IMG/VR virus record: IMGVR_UViG_3300032320_001595
Span: 1 to 64,000 of that record
Length of the DNA: 64,000 nucleotides
Direction: 5' to 3' (one strand)
DNA from: a virus
Lineage: Duplodnaviria; Caudoviricetes
Numbering within the stretch: position 1 is the first letter of the stretch; each line of letters begins with the position of its first letter. Of this stretch, positions 35,555 through 44,386 are shown one piece after another. The position numbers and the translations under genes are program-made. Under the pieces are notes generated by a model. It searched no databases. It had not been told where the DNA came from and saw only the letters and a list, made by a program, of their open reading frames with translations.

Positions 35555-36778
35555 CTATTCAATTACGTCCGTTATTTCTTTGAACATACCCTTGTCAAAA
35601 TCTACTTCAAGATAGAAGTCTCCATTGTATCCGTTCCTATTTTTTCTAAAGGCACATTCCAAAACAGGTGAGTTTGCTTTTCTTCCCATAGCAAGCAGGA
35701 AGTCTGCATCATATGCAATCTGTCGTGACCATGCAACCTGACCAAGTTGTGGCACAGACTCAAGATCCGATGCATCATCGGGGGTAGCAGATGCAATTGC
35801 GATAATAGGAAGTTGCTGCGATATGGCAAGAAGTTTTAGTTCCCGTGAAAGATTTTTAATCTTTACAGTCTCGTTGACAGAAGTTAGCCCATTGTCAGAC
35901 ATTAGTTGAAGATAGTCAACTATTACTATGTCAGGTCTATACTGATCTATCTTTGCAGCAATAAGGTTGGGGGTCATCTCTGACCCAGTATCATTTGATA
36001 TGATCTTAAATGGTGGACGACCAGAAAGATACTTATCTGCCCACAACCTAAACTCATCGTCTGTAATTCTTCCAGCACTCAGCGCTCTGTGAGAAAAGAA
36101 TCCATCTGAAATAATTGTAAAGATTCTATTCCGTACCTCAAACTCAGTCATCTCAAGACTAATAATCATAGGCTTATACCCACGCATCCACGCCTGTACT
36201 GCAAAATACAATGCCAGCCAAGACTTTCCAATAGCAGGATATGCTAGCAAAACGCCAAGTTGTCCTTTTGATATGCCCATTGGAAGGCAAACATCAAACG
36301 CTGTGATGCCAGTTTTAATTCCAACGTTTCCATCTTCAGCCGACTTTCTTGTCTGCTCAAAATACTGTATAGCGTTCTCAACATCTGTAACATCGATATC
36401 CCTTACCTTGGCCCCAATACGAGACATTTTTGTAATATCTTTTGTTAGATCTGACAGCGCCTTGGCGGATTCATTGTTATTAACTGTTGAAGCAGCACGA
36501 CGCAAAGCATTACGAATAGACTCGTCTAGAAATGCCTGACGTAGTTTATCAACATGATAGATAGTGGGACCAGAATCTACTGGATCAAAGTCTCTGAACC
36601 TAGTGGCAAGAAGATCTGAGTCAGGAACCTGTCTAGTTTGATCGTAGTAGTCTTTTATAAAGCCCCAAACATCTGAGCAGTCTTGAATAAGTTCATCGGC
36701 ATTATTGTCAAACAGAACGTGGATATCCTTGTTCTTACATACTGATGATATAACCTCTACTTCTTCAAGATACGCCAT
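35555..36778 (-). CDS. dnaB: DnaB-like replicative helicase
   Basis: AYPAIGKSW, ISLEM, VIVDYLQLM, SRELK, QIAYDAD, KNRNG. Confidence 0.92.
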   Translation of the reverse strand: MAYLEEVEVISSVCKNKDIHVLFDNNADELIQDCSDVWGFIKDYYDQTRQVPDSDLLATRFRDFDPVDSGPTIYHVDKLRQAFLDESIRNALRRAASTVNNNESAKALSDLTKDITKMSRIGAKVRDIDVTDVENAIQYFEQTRKSAEDGNVGIKTGITAFDVCLPMGISKGQLGVLLAYPAIGKSWLALYFAVQAWMRGYKPMIISLEMTEFEVRNRIFTIISDGFFSHRALSAGRITDDEFRLWADKYLSGRPPFKIISNDTGSEMTPNLIAAKIDQYRPDIVIVDYLQLMSDNGLTSVNETVKIKNLSRELKLLAISQQLPIIAIASATPDDASDLESVPQLGQVAWSRQIAYDADFLLAMGRKANSPVLECAFRKNRNGYNGDFYLEVDFDKGMFKEITDVIE

Positions 36779-37103
36779 TCAGGTACTCCGCTCTTAGTTC
36801 TTGTGTCTTCCTACGTTGTTCCGACCTTAGCATAGCATCCTTTTCCGCGCCAATTCTAGAAATATGTAGTGAAGAAAAATTATTTACAAACCATGATAGG
36901 GGATGCATGTCTTTAGTCAATTTAAAATAATAAGATAGTGTTTGCTCTATATTTTCGTAGCCAAAATCTTCTATAAGAGACAGAAAAGCCCACTTTTCCT
37001 TATACTTATTTATTGTTGGACTGATGCCATACTTCTCTCTATACAGCCTTGTGTATTCTGATATTAAAGAGTAGGCTTCTTTATCTGAGTTACTTCTTGC
37101 CAT
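36765..37103 (-). CDS. hypothetical protein upstream of helicase
   Basis: 112-aa ORF coupled to dnaB. Confidence 0.6.
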   Translation of the reverse strand: MARSNSDKEAYSLISEYTRLYREKYGISPTINKYKEKWAFLSLIEDFGYENIEQTLSYYFKLTKDMHPLSWFVNNFSSLHISRIGAEKDAMLRSEQRRKTQELRAEYLNGVS

Positions 37104-37308
37104 TAATATCGGCCTCTATTTCTTGGACACGATCTATCAACTGTGTCTCAACAAACTGATACACGCGATCCATGGCCTGAGAAACAGTTTCTTCATTTCT
37201 TACATAATCTTCTACACCAAGATCTATATGAATAGATTCATAGTTACCAAGATTTCTTACGAACTTCAATCCCACCTTCACCCGTGTCGGGTTCATTTCC
37301 TGGGTCAT
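37090..37308 (-). CDS. conserved hypothetical phage protein
   Basis: VKVGLKFVRNLGNYESIHID pattern. Confidence 0.6.
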   Translation of the reverse strand: MTQEMNPTRVKVGLKFVRNLGNYESIHIDLGVEDYVRNEETVSQAMDRVYQFVETQLIDRVQEIEADINGKK

Positions 37309-37573
37309 CTAATGTCTCCAATGCCGTAGTAAATCCAATTGGCTTGCCCTTTTCTTCCTCATCTGATTCTTCATCGGGGCCAGATAGGAACTTGCCTAAA
37401 TCATACCATGCCCTAGCGACGCTAATCAATCCTTCTACGTTTGATACTTCTTTTGCAATATCACCCGCTCGCATAAGATTAATTGCTGCTGCTAAAAGGG
37501 CACTTTCTGTACATATAGTTTCACCTATAAAATCTACCAGTTTATCATCTTCAGATTTTTCTTTCTTTGCCAT
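37244..37573 (-). CDS. hypothetical protein
   Basis: Likely start MAKKEK at 37573. Confidence 0.5.
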   Translation of the reverse strand: MAKKEKSEDDKLVDFIGETICTESALLAAAINLMRAGDIAKEVSNVEGLISVARAWYDLGKFLSGPDEESDEEEKGKPIGFTTALETLDDPGNEPDTGEGGIEVRKKSW

Positions 37574-38106
37574 TAAAAATCTACCGTCCTCCATACTGGT
37601 ATAAACTCGCCATTTTCATTTTGCACATACAGAACATCTCTACGGCCAAGTTTAGCATCTACCTCTTCTTTTGTCACGGTTCTTTTTAGCGGTGTGATAG
37701 CGCCATCATTCCTTGGCCTGCCATAGTGCAAATTGGCAAAATAGTCTTGAATGTCCAGTATGTCATTTTCATTAAAATAAAATTTACCTTTAGGCCCAGA
37801 CCTTTGAGGCTGACGAATATTACCCTCGTTAATCCCCACTCTTATTCTTTCTGGGTGTCTATTTACCATTCTGGCAACTTCATTAATTAAATATGCCTTC
37901 TGTGCATGTTTCTTCATATTTTTATATGGATATTTAACTATTTTATTTTGAGTATAGTTAAATGTTGTACACACATCTGCTGGTTTATTAATATGAATAA
38001 CGTGATGAAGTTCTCCGTTAATGAATAACTTCCTACGGCGCTTTGGAGTTTTTAAAACCCCATATCTTTCCCTGTAAGATAAAGAGTTTCCTTCTTCATT
38101 ATCCAT
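37573..38106 (-). CDS. DNA-binding protein with MerR/Xis-like winged HTH
   Basis: YLINEVARMVNRHPERIR...KFYFNENDI. Confidence 0.65.
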   Translation of the reverse strand: MDNEEGNSLSYRERYGVLKTPKRRRKLFINGELHHVIHINKPADVCTTFNYTQNKIVKYPYKNMKKHAQKAYLINEVARMVNRHPERIRVGINEGNIRQPQRSGPKGKFYFNENDILDIQDYFANLHYGRPRNDGAITPLKRTVTKEEVDAKLGRRDVLYVQNENGEFIPVWRTVDF

Positions 38107-38243
38107 CTACCAAAGCCTCCGTACTTTTCTGGGTATCTCAATGACCAACGCGCTCCGCATCTAAGGCAATACAATTCAATATGTATGTCAGAGGATAGTG
38201 TTCTATCCACCATTACCTTACCCTGACATTTTTTGCAAAACAT
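38052..38243 (-). CDS. small zinc-finger protein
   Basis: CKKC...CLRCG. Confidence 0.6.
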   Translation of the reverse strand: MFCKKCQGKVMVDRTLSSDIHIELYCLRCGARWSLRYPEKYGGFGRWIMKKETLYLTGKDMGF

Positions 38244-39008
38244 TTATGCCTTAAATACCTTTCCGTCCACGACACAGGTATAGTCATGAATTTGAATTAG
38301 TTGCATATGAGGATAATCATCTACTACATGAGCAACAGCAAACCCTGCCTGCCAATTCTTTTGAATAGAATAATCCATCTGCGATTCATCACATAGATGG
38401 CCAATTTCATATCCACGCAGTTCTTGTCCGCTCAAATTGTATGTCTGGAAGTACGCTCCCATTCGATGAGAATGGCCTCGTACAAGAGATACACCCCAGT
38501 TATTAACATCATTGCGTACTGATTCTCCAGAGTGCTTTGAGATTGACTCTCCATGATGACCATACATATCACCAAATCGCTTTACTGGCGGGTCTTGCCA
38601 TAGATGCCATTCGAACCCAGACTTAGAATACTCATATAAAGTATCTGCTGTTACTAGTTCCAGGAATTGCGGCGCTTTCTTAGCAAGGTACTCGCCGTGG
38701 CGAGTCCAGCCATGATTCCCATCGTGAAAATGACAATCACCCTTGGGGACAATAGCCCGTATTTCTTTAAGAAAGTTTCTTGTGCCATCTACGCCTCCAT
38801 CATTAATAGATACTGACATTTCACCTGGCTTATCGGCAGCCCATCTACTGGTAGAGTCAGCATCATCGATATCGCCTAAAAGATCAACTGCGTCAGGCTT
38901 AAACCATTTCATAACCTTAAGAAATAGTTCTACCTTGCGTGGATCGTGTCTTGGAAAATGCACATCACTACACATCATCCATCTAAGATCATTTTTTGCT
39001 TGCGTCAT
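38244..39008 (-). CDS. calcineurin-like metallophosphoesterase
   Basis: SDVHFP, LLGDIDD, DGNHG, GHHG, RGHSHR. Confidence 0.85.
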   Translation of the reverse strand: MTQAKNDLRWMMCSDVHFPRHDPRKVELFLKVMKWFKPDAVDLLGDIDDADSTSRWAADKPGEMSVSINDGGVDGTRNFLKEIRAIVPKGDCHFHDGNHGWTRHGEYLAKKAPQFLELVTADTLYEYSKSGFEWHLWQDPPVKRFGDMYGHHGESISKHSGESVRNDVNNWGVSLVRGHSHRMGAYFQTYNLSGQELRGYEIGHLCDESQMDYSIQKNWQAGFAVAHVVDDYPHMQLIQIHDYTCVVDGKVFKA

Positions 39009-39453
39009 TTCTAGCCTTTCGTCGGCATTGTCTTGAACAATAATCCCAGTAATGCTCTCTGATTACTGGGACGGTGTAAATCTTATCACAATAGCCACAA
39101 GTCTTGTCAACCTTTATTGGCCTGCAAGTTGATCTACATTTTACACGGGTTTTCATTATTGACGGAATCCCATAAAATTCTATTCCACAATGCTTGCAAT
39201 TCTTTTTAATCCAATTTGGATGAAGTTTATACATGGAAACAGTTCTCATACCATGCGCTTTATCATGCTCTCTTCTAGAGCATAGAAAAAGATTTTCTAT
39301 TCTATTATCATTCTTTATTTCATTTATATGATGAACTGTTTCACCAATGTATAACTGTCTACCCATATATTTTTCCATAACTAAAATATGCTCATAGTAC
39401 ATATTGTCAATAGACCTTGGATGTTTAGATGGGACTAAAACATATCCAGACAT
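38989..39453 (-). mobile_element. free-standing HNH endonuclease with C-terminal Cys repeats
   Basis: YEHILVME...VHHINEIKNDNRIENL; CKHCG, CGYC, YCSRQC. Confidence 0.85.
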
Positions 39454-39456
39454 ATT

Positions 39457-39897
39457 TTAGGAAGTAGAGCCAGAACCAATAGCAATATAGTTAACTCTAA
39501 CTGTTGTGGCTTTCTTTAGATCAGTAATTAGTTTAAGTCTTGCGGTAAAGTTCTGATTAGTGATAGAAGTAATTGTTAGGCTGCCAATTGATATGCCCTG
39601 CCCCTCGCTTTTATAGTCAATAATGGAGGAAGTTACATATGGTGATGACTGAAAGTTTGTGCCATCTGGGAAGTTAAACTTGATATCATTTACTACCCCC
39701 GTAGCGGTTACGTTTACTTCCTGAGATCCTAGTGCAATCTTAACAACATCATCTTCTTTACGACCAATGGTATTACCATAAACTTTAACGATTTGCCTTT
39801 GATCGTCGGCAGGAACCTTAATACTATTAACCTGACTAATTATTGCATTAAGCAATTCATAGGTTACTGGTTCGCCGTCACTAATGGGATTAATCAT
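39457..39897 (-). CDS. putative virion protein, H-type-lectin/gp53-like beta fold
   Basis: FPDGTNFQSSPYVTSS...VRVNYIAIG; last gene of tail block. Confidence 0.55.
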   Translation of the reverse strand: MINPISDGEPVTYELLNAIISQVNSIKVPADDQRQIVKVYGNTIGRKEDDVVKIALGSQEVNVTATGVVNDIKFNFPDGTNFQSSPYVTSSIIDYKSEGQGISIGSLTITSITNQNFTARLKLITDLKKATTVRVNYIAIGSGSTS

Positions 39898-40054
39898 CCA
39901 ACTTTGCCTCAAGTTCAATAATCTTCTTATCGCGTGCCTGAATTTGCTCAGTAGCCTGAGCCTTCATAACGGCGAGTTTTGTCTCGTAGTCGCTGGTCAT
40001 CTGACCGATACGCTGCTGTAGTTCTTGTACAATAAGTTCTAGTGTTTGTGACAT
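39890..40054 (-). CDS. small coiled-coil protein (54 aa, not in ORF track)
   Basis: Hand-translated MSQTLELIVQELQQRIGQMTSDYETKLAVMKAQ...KLDD*; GAGG RBS and TATAAT at 40078-40083. Confidence 0.65.
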   Translation of the reverse strand: MSQTLELIVQELQQRIGQMTSDYETKLAVMKAQATEQIQARDKKIIELEAKLDD

Positions 40055-40091
40055 TTTATTCCTCTCTGTTGAAAAAAATTATAGCATGTTT

Positions 40092-42533
40092 TTATAAGAT
40101 ATTTCCAGTTAATATCCAGTTGTTTAAAGACTTTGCTGTCAATTTTGCGGTAGTCCATTGACCAGACAAAGTTCTTCTATTTAAGAATGAATTTAATGAT
40201 GCAGAGGTTGTAGTTTGTATTGCAAATATAACGCTACCAGATCCGCATTGAATAAAATCAATTTCAGTTTTATTATCGAATATAGCATTAAATGCAACAG
40301 GAATAATAATAACTGTTGATGCTGTAGATGAAACATCTAATCTAGACCACGCATCTGTTGAAGTTAAAGTATAAGCGCTAGCAGTTATATCTACAACATT
40401 TTTTTGAGAATTTTTAAGAAACCCAGATACATTTAACACATTAGAATCATATGTTAGCCTACCCGCACCGAGTCTAATTTTTCCTGTTATATCTATATGG
40501 TCTGGAGGATTATTGCCCCAAAAATTACTTACTGTTGGTACGTTTAAAATGATTCCATCTATTTTTGTTAAAGGAGAAGAAGGTCCGCTGTATCCACTAA
40601 ACTCTCCTGTATATGCATATCCCATATTTATAGATCCAGAAGATGCAGTTAATTGACTAAAATCATAATTATTAAATATTCCTTCTTGAGATAATCTACA
40701 AAAATATCTATTATATAAAGAATTAAAATCTAAAGATGCTGTAACTACATAAAAAACATATGTCGATGACCAAACCCTTGTATCTGAATTTTTTGTAACA
40801 CTATTAAATATTAAATTAGGTTTTGCTATTGGAGAGCCATTCAAAAATGCATTTCCAGAAACAGAACTACCATCGATATAGAAATAATTTCCTGCACCCA
40901 TTGATTTTTGATCTCTAGAAGTGGTTAAAATAAAGTTTCCAGACTGCATTGCATCTGATACTGAAGCGGTTCCTATTATATTTAATATATTATATGAAAC
41001 TCCAGCGCCTATAAGTAATTCTTTAATATTTCCTTTATTAGCAGTAATATTTCCACTTACTTGAAGTTTTCCAGTTATATTATTAAATAAAATACTTCCG
41101 CTAGCAGTTGATCCATAAATTCCAGAAGAAGATAAAGATAAAAACCCATTATTAGTAGAAGCAGTTAAAGAACCACCAAGTCTTAAATTACCTGAAATAC
41201 TTCCAGATATTGCATTTATACTTCCTATGACAGATAAAGTATTATTATTAAAAGTAAGGTTACCAGAACCTAATTTAAAGTCGCCAGATAAATCAATAAA
41301 GTCTGGTGAATTTCCAGATTTATAATTCTCTAAACTAATTCCCTCTAAAGTATAGATTCCATTATTAAGATCAAAATAATTATCTTGTCCAATAAATACA
41401 TACCCTATAGTAAATGATCCAGACGATGCAGATACTCCGTCAAAATTAAAAAAGTTTCCACTAGGATGATTATTAATAGGGGGAGTGACAATTTGGCATA
41501 AATATCTATTTATAAAATGTGAATAAGTACCCCAGCCTGGTAGGAGTATAGAACTGTCATATTCTGAATATGATGCAGTTAAAACCCTAAATAATTGAGG
41601 ATGAAATACTGATGCACTAACGTATGTATCTTGTTCAAAACTGAGAAGTTGATTACTTTCATTAATAAAACCATGACTATAAGATGAAGTACTGAATGTA
41701 TCTGTTAGTTTGAAAACGTCGCCTCGTTTTAATTTTCTATTGAACTGAGTGGCAATATTATTTCTATATTCCGTAGAAGTCATAATAAACAAACCAGTCA
41801 TAGAGGAAGAAAATGCTGCTGATGGAGTTGAAACACCTATAATGTTAAGGACTGATGACTGGTTTGGACCAATATCTAAATCATTAATTTTTCCAGAATT
41901 TGCTATAACTTCACCACTAATAGATACCTGTCCAGTTATATTATTATATATAAGGCTGTTACCGCTTGCCGTTCCGAATATTCCTGAAGACGATACTTGT
42001 AGTAAACCATTATTATTTGAAGCAGTTAAAGACCCTCCAAGGGTAAGATCTCCCTCTAGTACTCCCTCTGTTGCTTCAATTCTTCCGCGAACTGCAACAT
42101 TGGAAAAAATAGCATTGCCACTATTTCCTAGATACCATCCAGTACTTCCAAGATCTTTTCCGTCCCAATTTTCATAAGATACTGAGAAAATATCATTCAC
42201 GCTTGCTGATAAAACTTGAACAAGTTGATCATTGTCTAGGTACTCAATTACAATGTCATTAGATGGACTTGCTGTAAATTCACGATCTCCAACGTTATTA
42301 GATAGAACTTTGTAAAAATTTTGTCCAGTTGAAGATCCTGTTAAAGATATGGCCATCCCTGGCAAAATTCCTGACGCAGTTCTATTTTGAATTACAATAG
42401 GAATAAAGCCATCGAATCCATATGATGATATGTTTGCAGACTCTAGCCTATTGACACCCTGTGAGTCAAAGTATGACATTAGTGGCTCAAAGGAATCATT
42501 GGTGGGATCTGAATTAAAATTATTAGTTGCCAT
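40092..42533 (-). CDS. tail fibre / minor tail protein, Ser-Gly-Asn rich with internal duplication
   Basis: GWYLGNSGNAIFSNVAVRGRIEA fibre-type motif; two copies of a roughly 280-aa module; C-terminal LTAKSLNNWILTGNI domain. Confidence 0.7.
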   Translation of the reverse strand: MATNNFNSDPTNDSFEPLMSYFDSQGVNRLESANISSYGFDGFIPIVIQNRTASGILPGMAISLTGSSTGQNFYKVLSNNVGDREFTASPSNDIVIEYLDNDQLVQVLSASVNDIFSVSYENWDGKDLGSTGWYLGNSGNAIFSNVAVRGRIEATEGVLEGDLTLGGSLTASNNNGLLQVSSSGIFGTASGNSLIYNNITGQVSISGEVIANSGKINDLDIGPNQSSVLNIIGVSTPSAAFSSSMTGLFIMTSTEYRNNIATQFNRKLKRGDVFKLTDTFSTSSYSHGFINESNQLLSFEQDTYVSASVFHPQLFRVLTASYSEYDSSILLPGWGTYSHFINRYLCQIVTPPINNHPSGNFFNFDGVSASSGSFTIGYVFIGQDNYFDLNNGIYTLEGISLENYKSGNSPDFIDLSGDFKLGSGNLTFNNNTLSVIGSINAISGSISGNLRLGGSLTASTNNGFLSLSSSGIYGSTASGSILFNNITGKLQVSGNITANKGNIKELLIGAGVSYNILNIIGTASVSDAMQSGNFILTTSRDQKSMGAGNYFYIDGSSVSGNAFLNGSPIAKPNLIFNSVTKNSDTRVWSSTYVFYVVTASLDFNSLYNRYFCRLSQEGIFNNYDFSQLTASSGSINMGYAYTGEFSGYSGPSSPLTKIDGIILNVPTVSNFWGNNPPDHIDITGKIRLGAGRLTYDSNVLNVSGFLKNSQKNVVDITASAYTLTSTDAWSRLDVSSTASTVIIIPVAFNAIFDNKTEIDFIQCGSGSVIFAIQTTTSASLNSFLNRRTLSGQWTTAKLTAKSLNNWILTGNIL

Positions 42534-43434
42534 TCTTTACCGCCTTGCTAAAGAATGGTTTATTTGATGAATTTGTTTGAAGCCACTCTCCACTCCATTC
42601 TCCATTCTTTTTTGTATATCTTGCAATAGCAACATAAAACATATAACTTGGCTTATCTCCTATATCAAAAGTTCTCGTATAAGATTTTACCAAAAAATTT
42701 TCTTCTAGACTTAATGAGTAGGTAGGTGGAGTTTTAAAACTTATTTCTGAATTATCAAACATCGATAATAACTTATCACCGCTTCTAATCTTACCATCAT
42801 AGTTTCTGTATGCATATATTGGAATATCTCTGACAATCCAAGAAGAAACGCCAGTAGGCTTTTCTTTAACATTAATTAATTTTTGAAAAACTGGCGCGTC
42901 TGGAATTTGTATTGTGTATTTTTTTTGCTTCTTTTTTCCAGTAATTTCTGTTATATAATTGCTTATTTTACTAGTAGTAGCACTATTTTGAGTAGGTTGG
43001 TAATCATTTTGAACTTTAAGAACGATGTAGCATCCTGTTTTATCATTTGAAATTCCTGATTCAATTACTTGCGCTTGCCTATCATTTAAATTAGTTAGGG
43101 TAGAGTGGCCAGCAACAATTTTAATAGTGTCGCCATTAGAAAATTGATTTCTTGGTTTTATTGTGTCAAAGTACAGCCTTAGTCGATAGTGTGATAGTCC
43201 TATTGATGGTCCTTTATTATATCTAATAAAACCAAACTCATTTTCAGAAAAGGTATTAGTATAAACAGTTACAGGAGGAGAGTATGTAGTGGTCACCTTA
43301 CTCATTAGCGGGGCAGCCGTAGGAACTCTTAAACTTATTGCTGCAGATCTGGCGATATGCTCAAAAATACTTCCTTCTACAACAAAACTAACAGTATCTC
43401 CTGGCTGTAGTTTTTTAAGATTTAACCGACTCAT
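42523..43434 (-). CDS. putative tail protein
   Basis: 303-aa ORF in tail block. Confidence 0.5.
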   Translation of the reverse strand: MSRLNLKKLQPGDTVSFVVEGSIFEHIARSAAISLRVPTAAPLMSKVTTTYSPPVTVYTNTFSENEFGFIRYNKGPSIGLSHYRLRLYFDTIKPRNQFSNGDTIKIVAGHSTLTNLNDRQAQVIESGISNDKTGCYIVLKVQNDYQPTQNSATTSKISNYITEITGKKKQKKYTIQIPDAPVFQKLINVKEKPTGVSSWIVRDIPIYAYRNYDGKIRSGDKLLSMFDNSEISFKTPPTYSLSLEENFLVKSYTRTFDIGDKPSYMFYVAIARYTKKNGEWSGEWLQTNSSNKPFFSKAVKNGN

Positions 43435-44384
43435 GACACTCCATAGTTAAAACCTAGAGATAATGAGTATTCTATTGTAAGCGGAATAGAGGCAGGCTTT
43501 TTAACTGGTGCCGCCAGTACAGCCCTAGAGATCATCCCATAATTAGTATCTATAACATAGGAACCAAGGTCTATTCTTAGACCATCTAATAAAATGGTCT
43601 GTGAGTTATTCTGCCAGAATCTAACAAAATTAATATCCGTCCAGGATGGATTGCCTACGATGGTGGCATTTCCTTTTTCTACTTCTGAAATAAAGTATCC
43701 TGATGCTGTAGGGGTAGTAAATGTCAAAGTGTAGTAGTTTGAAGAATCAGTATAGAATCTAAAATTAACACTTGCCGTTGTTATATTATTATCTAGGCCA
43801 GCCAATCTAAACGTATCTTGAGAGGTGTATCTATTAATATACTCAAGGGTGCCGTCTGTTGAAGAGTACTGTAAATAGTCTGTAGATCCACCAGTTTGGG
43901 GGATGGAGTAAAGTTGTGACCCTATTCTGGCAGTAGTTGTACTTACTAATTGTGACCCAGACGCTGTTCCAAATTTAATAAAACTATCCACGTTGTCAAA
44001 GTCAAATATTAAAGAGCCATTCATTCCAATTGATGAATCTAGTACTGGTGATGGGTACAAAGCAACTTCTCTAATTTCAGACTGGAAGGGGTCATTTATT
44101 GTTCCAGAGTAAACTAAGATATCATTATTATTTTCTATCTGTAAAGAACTTCCTATAACTTTTGTGCGTCCAGTTTCAAATTTCAATGTGCTATTGGTTA
44201 TCAGACTAGATGATGCACTCAATACGTTTGCGGAATCGCCTATTCCATAGGCTATAGTATTTGCAAAACTTGGTATAATGCCAAGGAGAGATTTTATTAC
44301 AATAGATCTTCCAGCGACAGTAAGGGCATTTTTCTGCTCATAAACGAGGGTATCGTCTAAATAAAATCTATAAATACCATCCAT
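43431..44384 (-). CDS. putative tail/baseplate protein
   Basis: KNALTVAGRSIV...EIREVALY...LTIEYSL pattern typical of tail-tip genes. Confidence 0.6.
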   Translation of the reverse strand: MDGIYRFYLDDTLVYEQKNALTVAGRSIVIKSLLGIIPSFANTIAYGIGDSANVLSASSSLITNSTLKFETGRTKVIGSSLQIENNNDILVYSGTINDPFQSEIREVALYPSPVLDSSIGMNGSLIFDFDNVDSFIKFGTASGSQLVSTTTARIGSQLYSIPQTGGSTDYLQYSSTDGTLEYINRYTSQDTFRLAGLDNNITTASVNFRFYTDSSNYYTLTFTTPTASGYFISEVEKGNATIVGNPSWTDINFVRFWQNNSQTILLDGLRIDLGSYVIDTNYGMISRAVLAAPVKKPASIPLTIEYSLSLGFNYGVS

Positions 44385-44386
44385 AA

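Noticed and set aside
23166-36778. Inteins or introns in terL, recA, dnaE and dnaB
   Set aside because: Lengths are normal, motifs are contiguous, and no intein C/S...HN signatures or LAGLIDADG inserts were seen.
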